The position numbers and the translations under genes were made by a program. Of a stretch of 64,000 nt of DNA, positions 1-14,296 are shown in pieces. The notes beneath the pieces are model-generated. The model was not told where the DNA came from and searched no databases. It saw nothing but the letters and a program-made list of their open reading frames with translations. This stretch comes from Escherichia coli (GTDB lineage Bacteria; Pseudomonadota; Gammaproteobacteria; Enterobacterales; Enterobacteriaceae), in assembly GCF_003334335.1 (NCBI RefSeq), contig NZ_QOWQ01000004.1; one strand, 5' to 3'. The stretch's first letter is position 1, and the number at the start of each line of letters is the position of its first letter.

Positions 1-17
1 CATTTGACAGGCACATT

Positions 18-782
18 ATGCAAGCATTGCTGGAACACTTTATTACCCAATCCACCGTGTATTCATTGATGGCGGTGGTGTTGGTGGCCTTTCTGGAGTC
101 GCTGGCGCTGGTCGGTTTGATTCTACCCGGTACGGTGCTGATGGCGGGGCTGGGAGCGCTGATTGGCAGCGGCGAGTTAAGTTTCTGGCACGCCTGGCTG
201 GCAGGGATTATTGGCTGCTTGATGGGCGACTGGATTTCTTTCTGGTTGGGTTGGCGTTTTAAAAAGCCGTTGCATCGCTGGTCATTTCTGAAGAAAAACA
301 AAGCACTACTTGATAAAACTGAACATGCGTTGCATCAACACAGCATGTTCACCATTCTGGTCGGTCGTTTTGTTGGCCCGACGCGTCCGCTGGTGCCAAT
401 GGTGGCGGGAATGCTGGATCTGCCGGTGGCTAAATTTATTACGCCGAATATTATCGGCTGCCTGCTGTGGCCGCCGTTTTACTTCCTGCCAGGGATTCTG
501 GCGGGCGCGGCGATCGATATTCCTGCCGGAATGCAGAGCGGTGAGTTTAAATGGTTGCTGCTGGCAACAGCGGTGTTTTTGTGGGTTGGTGGCTGGCTGT
601 GCTGGCGGTTATGGCGCAGCGGTAAAGCGACTGACCGTTTGAGTCATTATTTGTCCCGCGGTCGTTTGTTGTGGCTGACGCCGTTGATTTCTGCCATCGG
701 CGTGGTGGCGCTGGTGGTGTTAATTCGCCACCCGTTGATGCCGGTGTATATCGATATTTTGCGTAAAGTGGTTGGGGTTTAG
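18..782 (+). CDS. yabI: DedA-family inner membrane protein
   Basis: 254-aa ORF, multiple hydrophobic helices, glycine-rich DedA-like core; recognised as YabI. Confidence 0.85.
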   Translation: MQALLEHFITQSTVYSLMAVVLVAFLESLALVGLILPGTVLMAGLGALIGSGELSFWHAWLAGIIGCLMGDWISFWLGWRFKKPLHRWSFLKKNKALLDKTEHALHQHSMFTILVGRFVGPTRPLVPMVAGMLDLPVAKFITPNIIGCLLWPPFYFLPGILAGAAIDIPAGMQSGEFKWLLLATAVFLWVGGWLCWRLWRSGKATDRLSHYLSRGRLLWLTPLISAIGVVALVVLIRHPLMPVYIDILRKVVGV

Positions 783-802
783 GAGATAGTCTTGTGCGGG
801 TT

Positions 803-890
<88 letters not shown>

Positions 891-895
891 GCATA

Positions 896-1594
896 CTAAC
901 CCGTAATCCCCAATAGTGCCGAAGCACTCGCCTTACCGCTCAACAACTCATTGGTCATACCCTGCCAGGCGATGCGCCCGTCGGCGACTACTACCGAGCG
1001 CGTGGCGATCCGCGCCGCATCTTCCACGCTGTGCGACACCATCAATAGCGTCATTTTTTGCTGCTGGCAGCTCGTGCTCACCAGCGTCAACATCTCCTGA
1101 CGTAACGCCGGATCGAGCGCAGAGAACGGTTCATCGAGCAATAAAATCGGCTGTTCGCGTACCAGACAACGCGCTAACGCCACTCGCTGTCGCTGACCGC
1201 CGGAAAGCTCGCCCGGTAACCGCGCCATTAAATTATCAATCCCCATCTGGCGGGCGATAGCGTGCATTTTCCCCTGCTGTACCGCGTTCAGTTTCAATCC
1301 CGGATTTAGCCCCAGCCCGATGTTCTGTGCGACCGTCAGGTGGCTGAACAGGTTGTTCTCCTGAAACAGCATCGACACCGGACGGCGTGACGGCGGCATA
1401 GTTGTGTGATCTACGCCATCGATAGTCAGCGAACCGCTGGCTGGCGTCAGAAAACCGGCGATCAAATTCAGCAGGGTACTTTTACCCGCGCCGCTTGGCC
1501 CGAGGATCGCCACCTGCTCGCCGCGTTCCACCGTTAAGCTAAAACGCATCGGCAAATGGTGGTAAAGCCAGGTGATATCAGTCAGTTTTAACAT
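896..1594 (-). CDS. thiQ: thiamine ABC transporter ATP-binding protein
   Basis: ORF 896..1615 trimmed to internal Met ([13 protein letters not shown]); Walker [13 protein letters not shown] signature [13 protein letters not shown], Walker B LLLDEP; overlaps thiP 3' end. Confidence 0.9.
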   Translation of the reverse strand: MLKLTDITWLYHHLPMRFSLTVERGEQVAILGPSGAGKSTLLNLIAGFLTPASGSLTIDGVDHTTMPPSRRPVSMLFQENNLFSHLTVAQNIGLGLNPGLKLNAVQQGKMHAIARQMGIDNLMARLPGELSGGQRQRVALARCLVREQPILLLDEPFSALDPALRQEMLTLVSTSCQQQKMTLLMVSHSVEDAARIATRSVVVADGRIAWQGMTNELLSGKASASALLGITG

Positions 1595-3188
1595 TTCGCC
1601 CCGGTAGTTTTTCAATCACGGTAAACAGCAGAAAACAGAGCAGCAGCAGAATTAACGCGGTGACCGCACCGTCCTGGCTGCGATAGGAGCCAATTTGCTG
1701 GTAGAGATAAAACGGCAGGGTGCGGAAATCATCGTTACCGAACAACGCCACCACGCCAAAATCACCAATCGACAGCACGCATGCAAAGGCCAGCGCCTGC
1801 GCCAGTGGACGTTTCAGGGCGCGCAGCTCCACCACTTTTAAGCGTGACCAGCCTTCAATCCCCAGCGACTGACATAACATGCTGTAGCGGGCGGTGATAT
1901 CGCGCATCGGGTTTTCCAGCACTTTCAGCGCATAAGGGATCGCCATTAACGCATTGGTGAAAATCACAATGCCGTCAGCAGATTGTGGCAGGCCGATAGT
2001 GTTGTTGAGCAGTAAAAAGAAGCCGGTAGCCAGCACAATCCCCGGCATGGCGAGGATCAACATGCCGCTCATCTCCAGCACCTGACCCGCCAGCATTTTC
2101 TGCCGCGCCCGCAGTTCGCGACTGCTCCATAGCAGCATCATGGTCAGCACTACGCACAATACACCTGCCGCCAGCGCAATACGCAACGAGGTCCACAGCG
2201 CCTGCCACAGCACCGGTTGTGCCAGCACTTCCGGCAACTGGCGATTTACCCCATCGACGATCACCGCCAGTAACGGTGGCAGCAACAGCAGCAGCGCCAG
2301 CACAATTAACACCGTGTCGCAAATGCGGCTATGCAGACGATCGTCCGGGTCGCGCCAGCCTTGCAGCAGCGTGGTGCCGGGCGCAATGGCCTTACTCAAT
2401 CGCTGACTCAACAGCACCAGCCCGAGGCAGCACACCATCTGGAGCAGCGCCAGCATTGCCGCGCGGGCAGGATCGTAGTCGTAACTCAGCGCCTGATAGA
2501 TTGCCAGCTCGATAGTGGTCGCCTGCGGACCGCCCCCCAGCGATAGCACGGTGGCGAAGCTGGCGAAACAGAGCATAAAGATAAGCGCAGCAACCGGCGG
2601 GATTTGTCGCCGTAACCACGGCCATTCGACGAAGCGGAAAAAATGCCAGCTACGCATCCCAAGCTGGGCGGCAAGTTGACGCTGTTCGCCGGGGATGTTT
2701 TCCAGTGCCTGGAGTAATAAGCGGCTCGCCATCGGCAGATTAAAAAACACATGGGCCAGCAAAATACCTTGCAGGCCGTAGGGCGAAAAGGTCCACTCCA
2801 GACCGAGCGATTGGCAGAGTGTTGCCAGCCAGCCCTGGCGACCATAGACGCTAAGAATGCCGAAAACAGCGACCAACACCGGGAGGATCAAGGTCATTGC
2901 ACACAGACGCAACAGCGCCAGCCGACCCGGAAAGCGCCTGCGATAGAGCGCGCGGGCGAGGAATATCGCGGGTATGACAGAGAGCAGTGCCGAGAGAAAC
3001 GCCTGCCAGAAGGAGAAGCGCACCACATGCCACAGATAGCTGTCCTGCCAGACTGCCACCCAGTCATCCTGCGGCGCGTTCCACCACAGGGCGAGAAACG
3101 CCGCCAGCGCAACCGCTACCACCAGCGTGGTGGCGCTTACACCTGGAATTAACCAGCCGGGAATTAACGGCTGACGGCGCGTTGCCAT
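1578..3188 (-). CDS. thiP: thiamine ABC transporter permease (duplicated TM domain)
   Basis: 536-aa highly hydrophobic ORF between thiB and thiQ with overlapping stop/start junctions. Confidence 0.9.
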   Translation of the reverse strand: MATRRQPLIPGWLIPGVSATTLVVAVALAAFLALWWNAPQDDWVAVWQDSYLWHVVRFSFWQAFLSALLSVIPAIFLARALYRRRFPGRLALLRLCAMTLILPVLVAVFGILSVYGRQGWLATLCQSLGLEWTFSPYGLQGILLAHVFFNLPMASRLLLQALENIPGEQRQLAAQLGMRSWHFFRFVEWPWLRRQIPPVAALIFMLCFASFATVLSLGGGPQATTIELAIYQALSYDYDPARAAMLALLQMVCCLGLVLLSQRLSKAIAPGTTLLQGWRDPDDRLHSRICDTVLIVLALLLLLPPLLAVIVDGVNRQLPEVLAQPVLWQALWTSLRIALAAGVLCVVLTMMLLWSSRELRARQKMLAGQVLEMSGMLILAMPGIVLATGFFLLLNNTIGLPQSADGIVIFTNALMAIPYALKVLENPMRDITARYSMLCQSLGIEGWSRLKVVELRALKRPLAQALAFACVLSIGDFGVVALFGNDDFRTLPFYLYQQIGSYRSQDGAVTALILLLLCFLLFTVIEKLPGRNVKTD

Positions 3189-4147
3189 TCGCTAATCCAT
3201 GCCTGACGTTGTGCCGCCACTTCGGCTGGCGTGAACTCCAACGTGGTTGCGGGTTTGGTCAATTTTTCAAAACCGGCAGGCAGCGTGACGTTTGCCACCG
3301 GATACATCCAGTTGCCGGTTGGGATCGCATTCTGGAAAGCCGGAGAAACCATAAACTGGAGGAATTTTTGCGCCAGCTCCGGCTGCTTGCTGGCAGCGGT
3401 GCGGGCGGCGACTTCCACTTGCAGATAGTGACCTTCGCTGAAGTTCGCGGCGGCGTAGTTATCTTTCTTCTCTTCGAGAATGTGATAAGCCGGAGAGGTG
3501 GTGTAACTCAGTACCAGATCGCTTTCACCTTTTAAAAACAGGCCGTAGGCTTCGCTCCAGCCTTTGGTGACCGTGACCGTTTTCTTCGCCAGTTTCTGCC
3601 AGGCTTGTGGGGCGTCATCGCCATAGACTTTTTGCATCCATAGCAACAGACCCAGCCCCGGTGTACTGGTGCGCGGATCCTGATAAATCACCCGCCAGTT
3701 TTGATCGCTCTCAACCAGTTCTTTCAGGCTTTGTGGCGGGTTTTTCAGTTTGTTCTTGTCATAAACGAAGGCGAAGTAGCCATAATCAAACGGTACGAAA
3801 GTGTCATTATTCCAGCCGCCGGGAACGTTAACGGCATCCGCTGCCACACCGCTTTTGGCAAACAGTCCGGTTTTACTGGCGGCGTCTAACAGGTTGTTAT
3901 CCAGCCCCAGCACCACATCGGCTTTACTGTTTTTGCCTTCCATCCGTAGACGGTTGAGAAGCGAAACGCCATCTTCCAGCGCCACCAGTTTCAGTTCGCA
4001 ATTACAGTCGGCTTCAAAGGCTTTTTTAACCACCGGACCAGGCCCCCAGTCGGCGGCGAAGGAATCGTAGGTATAAACAGTCAGAACGGGTTTAGCGAAA
4101 ACGGGCGCTGTGCACAGCAACAGCAGGGGCAGACATTTTTTTAACAC
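3164..4147 (-). CDS. thiB: periplasmic thiamine-binding protein
   Basis: ORF trimmed to MLKKCLPLLLLCTAPVFA signal peptide; periplasmic binding protein fold; first gene of thiBPQ. Confidence 0.9.
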   Translation of the reverse strand: MLKKCLPLLLLCTAPVFAKPVLTVYTYDSFAADWGPGPVVKKAFEADCNCELKLVALEDGVSLLNRLRMEGKNSKADVVLGLDNNLLDAASKTGLFAKSGVAADAVNVPGGWNNDTFVPFDYGYFAFVYDKNKLKNPPQSLKELVESDQNWRVIYQDPRTSTPGLGLLLWMQKVYGDDAPQAWQKLAKKTVTVTKGWSEAYGLFLKGESDLVLSYTTSPAYHILEEKKDNYAAANFSEGHYLQVEVAARTAASKQPELAQKFLQFMVSPAFQNAIPTGNWMYPVANVTLPAGFEKLTKPATTLEFTPAEVAAQRQAWISEWQRAVSR

Positions 4148-4182
4148 TTTGCACCTCAAAAAAGAGTGGCAAAGGACTTGAG

Positions 4183-4275
4183 AAGGAGCCTCAAATCCCT
4201 TCGCCGGCGTTATCCGGATCAGGTTCGACGGGTATTTTCTCAGCGCACGCGTACGCGTGGCACCCCGTTGAGAAC
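4183..4275 (-). promoter_or_regulatory. TPP (THI-box) riboswitch in thiBPQ leader
   Basis: On minus strand: GGGGTGCCACGCG...CTGAGAAAATACCCGTCGAACCTGATCCGGATAACGCCGGCGAAGGGA, matching conserved TPP aptamer elements (CUGAGA, ACCUGAUC, GGAUAAUGCC-like, GAAGGGA); boundaries approximate. Confidence 0.75.
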
Positions 4276-4310
4276 GGCGTTAGTGTAGTGATTTTGTTAT
4301 CAACCAGCAA

Positions 4311-5966
4311 TCATGGATCCGGTGGCGCAAACCACGCTGATTTAAAATCGAACCAGCCGAGGGTATTCATGCGCAGGCCGCGCATACTGCGTTGCCCCTG
4401 AATGATCAGCCAGTGGTGCAATAATGGCACCATCGCTTTGCTGGCGACCAGTTGCTGGCACCAGTTCGCCAGATTCATCTCGCCATTGCGCCAGCGAGCA
4501 GCGTCGGCTTGCCAGTCAATGGGAATGCAATGTTGTAGCAGTGGCACTTCGCATAAATGTGCGAAAACAGAGAAGTCCAGCGGCAGGGTAAAGTTGGCGC
4601 TGTTTAGCCAGATATCACTTTCGATCTCTCCTGTATGCCACTGATCGTAGTCGATCTCTTTGATTTTCAGCGTGACCTGGTGACTTGCCAGAATCTGCTG
4701 CATGATCCCGGCAATCACCCGATGCTCACTGTGATCCTGATAAAAGGTTAGGGTGAGGCTTTCCAGGCCAGCCGGTTTTTCGCTCTTTATGGTGCGGGCA
4801 TGGTGCCAACGGGGGAGCAGTCCATAAGCCGGGAACCACAGTTGCTGGTACTGTTCCTCAGCGAAATAGACCAGATTAGTTGGAGAAAGCACATAGCTTA
4901 CCCAGTCCCTGACTTGCTGATTCGCCCCGCGATGGGTGCGGCTGTCGAACAGTAAATAGTAGCAACCTTCCTCCAGGCGGCTTTCAATCTCTTTTTCCTC
5001 GCCCTGTGGACCTTTTAGCATCAGCCCTCCGGCTGGCTCGTCGGCAATTTCCGGCAGAACCCAGACGTTAACTTCGTCGATTAATGCCCGGTAACCGAAG
5101 AAGTCATCGAATGCCTGAATTTTCAGTTGATTGGTGCTGTTGCGAATCACCGCATACGGACCGGTGCCGATGGGATGGCTGGCAAAGTTACTGAGGGTTT
5201 CCCATTCGCGCGGCAGGATCATCGCCGGAACTTGCCCCAGCAGTAACGGTAACCAGCGGTCCGGTTGCGTGAGATGGATATCCAGCGTCCAGGGCGTCGG
5301 CGACACAATGTCAGCAATATGCGAATAGAGCGGCAGCGTATTGATTCGTTTTAAAGAGGCGATCACATCGTCCATTTCCAGTTCACGACCATGGTGAAAA
5401 TGGACTCCTGGACGCAAAAAGAAACGCCAGTGAAGCGGTGAAATTTGCTGCCAGTGGTGGGCGATGTCTGCTTCCAGTTCCCCATTTTCCTCATTTATGC
5501 GCGTTAGCGAACTGAAGATTTGCCGGGCGATATGGGTTTCGGAACGGCGCAATGCGCTGCCAGGTAGCAGATTACGCAACGGACGATAGTAGAGCACGCG
5601 CAGGATGTGCCGCCCCTGGCGGAAGCTGCGGCCCAGATGAGAAACCAGCATTTGCCGCACAGTCGCTTTGTCGCCAACCAACTGCACCAGTTGATCGATA
5701 CGATCCTGCTCCAGCAGGTCTTCCGCCCGCTGTTGCTGAAGCGCCAGCCCGGTATAGAGGAATGTCAGACGCGAGCGTTTACCGCGCCCGACTTCCGCTT
5801 CCCACGTCAGCCAGCCGCGATCCTGCATGGTGTTGAGCAGGGTGCGCATATGACGACGCGAGCAGCTCAATAACGCTGCCAGTTCGTTGAGCGTTGTGTC
5901 CTGCGATTTACCCTCGCAGCATTGCCACAGGCGGATGAACTGTTGTTGCAGACGAGCAGATGGCAT
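4311..5966 (-). CDS. sgrR: transcriptional regulator SgrR (HTH plus solute-binding domain)
   Basis: ORF 4311..5987 trimmed to [10 protein letters not shown]; N-terminal HTH, C-terminal solute-binding-protein-like domain; divergent from sgrS. Confidence 0.9.
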   Translation of the reverse strand: MPSARLQQQFIRLWQCCEGKSQDTTLNELAALLSCSRRHMRTLLNTMQDRGWLTWEAEVGRGKRSRLTFLYTGLALQQQRAEDLLEQDRIDQLVQLVGDKATVRQMLVSHLGRSFRQGRHILRVLYYRPLRNLLPGSALRRSETHIARQIFSSLTRINEENGELEADIAHHWQQISPLHWRFFLRPGVHFHHGRELEMDDVIASLKRINTLPLYSHIADIVSPTPWTLDIHLTQPDRWLPLLLGQVPAMILPREWETLSNFASHPIGTGPYAVIRNSTNQLKIQAFDDFFGYRALIDEVNVWVLPEIADEPAGGLMLKGPQGEEKEIESRLEEGCYYLLFDSRTHRGANQQVRDWVSYVLSPTNLVYFAEEQYQQLWFPAYGLLPRWHHARTIKSEKPAGLESLTLTFYQDHSEHRVIAGIMQQILASHQVTLKIKEIDYDQWHTGEIESDIWLNSANFTLPLDFSVFAHLCEVPLLQHCIPIDWQADAARWRNGEMNLANWCQQLVASKAMVPLLHHWLIIQGQRSMRGLRMNTLGWFDFKSAWFAPPDP

Positions 5967-6033
5967 AAAAGGGGAACTCCTGTGCAAAAGACAGCAATTT
6001 TATTTTCCCTATATTAAGTCAATAATTCCTAAC

Positions 6034-6260
6034 GATGAAGCAAGGGGGTGCCCCATGCGTCAGTTTTATCAGCACTATTTTACCGCGACAGCGAAGTTGT
6101 GCTGGTTGCGTTGGTTAAGCGTCCCACAACGATTAACCATGCTTGAAGGACTGATGCAGTGGGATGACCGCAATTCTGAAAGTTGACTTGCCTGCATCAT
6201 GTGTGACTGAGTATTGGTGTAAAATCACCCGCCAGCAGATTATACCTGCTGGTTTTTTTT
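6034..6260 (+). ncRNA. sgrS: SgrS small RNA (dual-function: base-pairing RNA that also encodes SgrT)
   Basis: Divergent from sgrR; contains the sgrT ORF; 3' stem-loop CCAGCAGATTATACCTGCTGG followed by T8 ending at 6260; 5' end approximate. Confidence 0.75.
6055..6186 (+). CDS. sgrT: small protein SgrT (43 aa)
   Basis: Internal Met of ORF 5887..6186: MRQFYQHYFTATAKLCWLRWLSVPQRLTMLEGLMQWDDRNSES. Confidence 0.7.
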   Translation: MRQFYQHYFTATAKLCWLRWLSVPQRLTMLEGLMQWDDRNSES

Positions 6261-6287
6261 ATTCTCGCCGCGCTAAAAAGGGAACGT

Positions 6288-7466
6288 ATGATCTGGATAA
6301 TGACGATGGCTCGCCGTATGAACGGTGTTTACGCGGCATTTATGCTGGTCGCTTTTATGATGGGGGTGGCCGGGGCGCTACAGGCTCCTACATTGAGCTT
6401 ATTTCTGAGTCGTGAGGTTGGCGCGCAACCTTTCTGGATCGGCCTCTTTTATACGGTGAATGCTATTGCTGGGATCGGCGTAAGCCTCTGGTTGGCAAAA
6501 CGTTCTGACAGTCAGGGCGATCGGCGAAAACTGATTATATTTTGCTGTTTGATGGCTATCGGCAATGCGCTATTGTTTGCATTTAATCGTCATTATCTGA
6601 CGCTTATCACCTGTGGTGTGCTTCTGGCATCTCTGGCCAATACGGCAATGCCACAGTTATTTGCTCTGGCGCGGGAATATGCGGATAACTCGGCGCGAGA
6701 AGTGGTGATGTTTAGCTCGGTGATGCGTGCGCAGCTTTCTCTGGCATGGGTTATCGGTCCACCGTTGGCCTTTATGCTGGCGTTGAATTACGGCTTTACG
6801 GTGATGTTTTCGATTGCCGCCGGGATATTCACACTCAGTCTGGTATTGATTGCATTTATGCTTCCGTCTGTGGCGCGGGTAGAACTGCCGTCGGAAAATG
6901 CTTTATCAATGCAAGGTGGCTGGCAGGATAGTAACGTACGGATGTTATTTGTCGCCTCGACGTTAATGTGGACCTGCAACACCATGTACATTATTGATAT
7001 GCCGTTGTGGATCAGTAGCGAGTTAGGATTGCCAGACAAACTGGCGGGTTTCCTGATGGGGACGGCAGCTGGACTGGAAATACCAGCAATGATTCTGGCT
7101 GGCTACTATGTCAAACGTTATGGTAAGCGGCGAATGATGGTCATAGCAGTGGCGGCAGGAGTACTGTTTTACACCGGATTGATTTTCTTTAATAGCCGTA
7201 TGGCGTTGATGACGCTGCAACTTTTTAACGCTGTATTTATCGGCATTGTTGCGGGTATTGGGATGCTATGGTTTCAGGATTTAATGCCTGGAAGAGCGGG
7301 GGCAGCTACCACCTTATTTACTAACAGTATTTCTACCGGGGTAATTCTGGCTGGCGTTATTCAGGGAGCAATTGCACAAAGTTGGGGGCACTTTGCTGTC
7401 TACTGGGTAATTGCGGTTATTTCTGTTGTCGCATTATTTTTAACCGCAAAGGTTAAAGACGTTTGA
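6288..7466 (+). CDS. setA: sugar efflux transporter (MFS)
   Basis: 392-aa ORF with about 12 predicted TM helices; position downstream of sgrS. Confidence 0.85.
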   Translation: MIWIMTMARRMNGVYAAFMLVAFMMGVAGALQAPTLSLFLSREVGAQPFWIGLFYTVNAIAGIGVSLWLAKRSDSQGDRRKLIIFCCLMAIGNALLFAFNRHYLTLITCGVLLASLANTAMPQLFALAREYADNSAREVVMFSSVMRAQLSLAWVIGPPLAFMLALNYGFTVMFSIAAGIFTLSLVLIAFMLPSVARVELPSENALSMQGGWQDSNVRMLFVASTLMWTCNTMYIIDMPLWISSELGLPDKLAGFLMGTAAGLEIPAMILAGYYVKRYGKRRMMVIAVAAGVLFYTGLIFFNSRMALMTLQLFNAVFIGIVAGIGMLWFQDLMPGRAGAATTLFTNSISTGVILAGVIQGAIAQSWGHFAVYWVIAVISVVALFLTAKVKDV

Positions 7467-7514
7467 TGACGTGGACGATAGCGGAAAGCCCGGTCATTTG
7501 ACCGGGCAAGGGGA

Positions 7515-9531
<2,017 letters not shown>

Positions 9532-9533
9532 GA

Positions 9534-12196
<2,663 letters not shown>

Positions 12197-12244
12197 GGTT
12201 TGGGTCCTTGTCTCTTTTAGAGCGCCTCGCTTCGGGCATAAAAA

Positions 12245-12275
12245 AACCCGCGCAATGGCGCGGGTTTTTTGTTTG
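12245..12275 (-). terminator. leu operon attenuator (intrinsic terminator)
   Basis: Minus strand AAACCCGCGCCATTGCGCGGGTTTTTTT: GC stem-loop plus T-run immediately downstream of leuL. Confidence 0.7.
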
Positions 12276-12288
12276 ACTGCGTGCTGGC

Positions 12289-12375
12289 TTAATGCTGGAT
12301 GCCGCTCACTCGTCTACCGCGCAAAGAAGATGCGTTTAGTAGTAGTAGACCGATAAAGCGAACGATGTGAGTCAT
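12289..12375 (-). CDS. leuL: leu operon leader peptide (28 aa, four consecutive Leu codons)
   Basis: Minus-strand [31 protein letters not shown] with CTA CTA CTA CTA run, followed by attenuator hairpin. Confidence 0.8.
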
Positions 12376-13034
12376 TAAATCAGCTCCAGATGAATGCGAT
12401 ATGCTTTTAGAGTTACTGGATACAAAAACGGATGTCAACCCTGACGCAATAAAAACGTCCCGCCAGCGTGAGTTCTGCATCCGTAAAATTAGCTAATTGT
12501 GCTGCGGTGGTTAAAGTAAGCGATATTAATTTCTGCTTAACTACCGACGCTTTTCATCGGTTGACATATTTCAGCATAAATTTTTGCATCTAATCAACGA
12601 GGAAAAAGGGGACAAAATGCACGCGTTGCAAAACCTATCCTGATGATTTGTATTGAATTATATGTTTTGCGATTTTTTTTGATATTGATTTGGTGAATAT
12701 TATTGATCAATTAATGTTAAGAATTAATGCATTAAATATATAAATTAATTATTAAATAAGCACATTTAATCCATTTTGTAGATGATTGAGTATTCGCGGT
12801 AGTTATGATTAGATTGTTTTCGCAACAAAAACATTATGGATTATTATGCTGTGGTAAATGACTCATTCCACGGCAATGGATTCTGTTTTTATCAGAACCC
12901 GTATCTTTATGTTTTCCGAATTTTACTCATTTTGCTTTTTCTTATTTTATATGCATGATAAATCATATTCTTCAGGATTATTTCTCTGCATTCCAATAAG
13001 GGAAAGGGAGTTAAGTGTGACAGTGGAGTTAAGT

Positions 13035-13979
13035 ATGCCAGAGGTACAAACAGATCATCCAGAGACGGCGGAGTTAAGCAAACCACAGCTACGCATGGTC
13101 GATCTCAACTTATTAACCGTTTTCGATGCCGTGATGCAGGAGCAAAACATTACTCGTGCCGCTCATGTTCTGGGAATGTCGCAACCTGCGGTCAGTAACG
13201 CTGTTGCACGCCTGAAGGTGATGTTTAATGACGAGCTTTTTGTTCGTTATGGCCGTGGTATTCAACCGACTGCTCGCGCATTTCAACTTTTTGGTTCAGT
13301 TCGTCAGGCATTGCAACTAGTACAAAATGAATTGCCTGGTTCAGGTTTTGAACCCGCGAGCAGTGAACGTGTATTTCATCTTTGTGTTTGCAGCCCGTTA
13401 GACAGCATTCTGACCTCGCAGATTTATAATCACATTGAGCAGATTGCGCCAAATATACATGTTATGTTCAAGTCTTCATTAAATCAGAACACTGAACATC
13501 AGCTGCGTTATCAGGAAACGGAGTTTGTGATTAGTTATGAAGACTTCCATCGTCCTGAATTTACCAGCGTACCATTATTTAAAGATGAAATGGTGCTGGT
13601 AGCCAGCAAAAATCATCCAACAATTAAGGGCCCGTTACTGAAACATGATGTTTATAACGAACAACATGCGGCGGTTTCGCTCGATCGTTTCGCGTCATTT
13701 AGTCAACCTTGGTATGACACGGTAGATAAGCAAGCCAGTATCGCGTATCAGGGCATGGCAATGATGAGCGTACTTAGCGTGGTGTCGCAAACGCATTTGG
13801 TCGCTATTGCGCCGCGTTGGCTGGCTGAAGAGTTCGCTGAATCCTTAGAATTACAGGTATTACCGCTGCCGTTAAAACAAAACAGCAGAACCTGTTATCT
13901 CTCCTGGCATGAAGCTGCCGGGCGCGATAAAGGCCATCAGTGGATGGAAGAGCAATTAGTCTCAATTTGCAAACGCTAA
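13035..13979 (+). CDS. leuO: LysR-family transcriptional regulator LeuO
   Basis: ORF 12858..13979 trimmed to [10 protein letters not shown]; LysR HTH ([38 protein letters not shown]). Confidence 0.9.
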   Translation: MPEVQTDHPETAELSKPQLRMVDLNLLTVFDAVMQEQNITRAAHVLGMSQPAVSNAVARLKVMFNDELFVRYGRGIQPTARAFQLFGSVRQALQLVQNELPGSGFEPASSERVFHLCVCSPLDSILTSQIYNHIEQIAPNIHVMFKSSLNQNTEHQLRYQETEFVISYEDFHRPEFTSVPLFKDEMVLVASKNHPTIKGPLLKHDVYNEQHAAVSLDRFASFSQPWYDTVDKQASIAYQGMAMMSVLSVVSQTHLVAIAPRWLAEEFAESLELQVLPLPLKQNSRTCYLSWHEAAGRDKGHQWMEEQLVSICKR

Positions 13980-14296
13980 CTGATTGCAGAATAGGTCAGA
14001 CATGAATGTCTGGTTTATTCTGCATTTTTTATTGAATGTAGAATTTTATTCTGAATGTGTGGGCTCTCTATTTTAGGATTAATTAAAAAAATAGAGAAAT
14101 TGCTGTAAGTTGTGGGATTCAGCCGATTTATTATCAATTTAATCCTCTGTAATGGAGGATTTTATCGTTTCTTTTCACCTTTCCTCCTGTTTATTCTTAT
14201 TACCCCGTGTTTATGTCTCTGGCTGCCAATTGCTTAAGCAAGATCGGACGGTTAATGTGTTTTACACATTTTTTCCGTCAAACAGTGAGGCAGGCC

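Noticed and set aside
6164-6415. 83-aa plus-strand ORF spanning the sgrS 3' end and setA 5' end
   Set aside because: It crosses the sgrS terminator hairpin and overlaps the setA start in another frame; inconsistent with both established features.
12858-13034. In-frame 59-codon upstream extension of leuO offered by the ORF track
   Set aside because: It runs through the AT-rich promoter region, has odd composition (Phe/Tyr/Ser-rich) and the recognised LeuO N-terminus starts at 13035.
14207-14296. Upstream extensions of ilvI, and similarly of mraZ (18265), rsmH (18632), nadC (to 47354), ampE (47909), pdhR (50726), lpd (56546), yacL (63007), thiQ (to 1615), thiB (to 4159), sgrR (to 5987)
   Set aside because: Longest-ORF artefacts; the conserved protein N-termini begin at internal start codons, several of which follow gene overlaps or known promoters.
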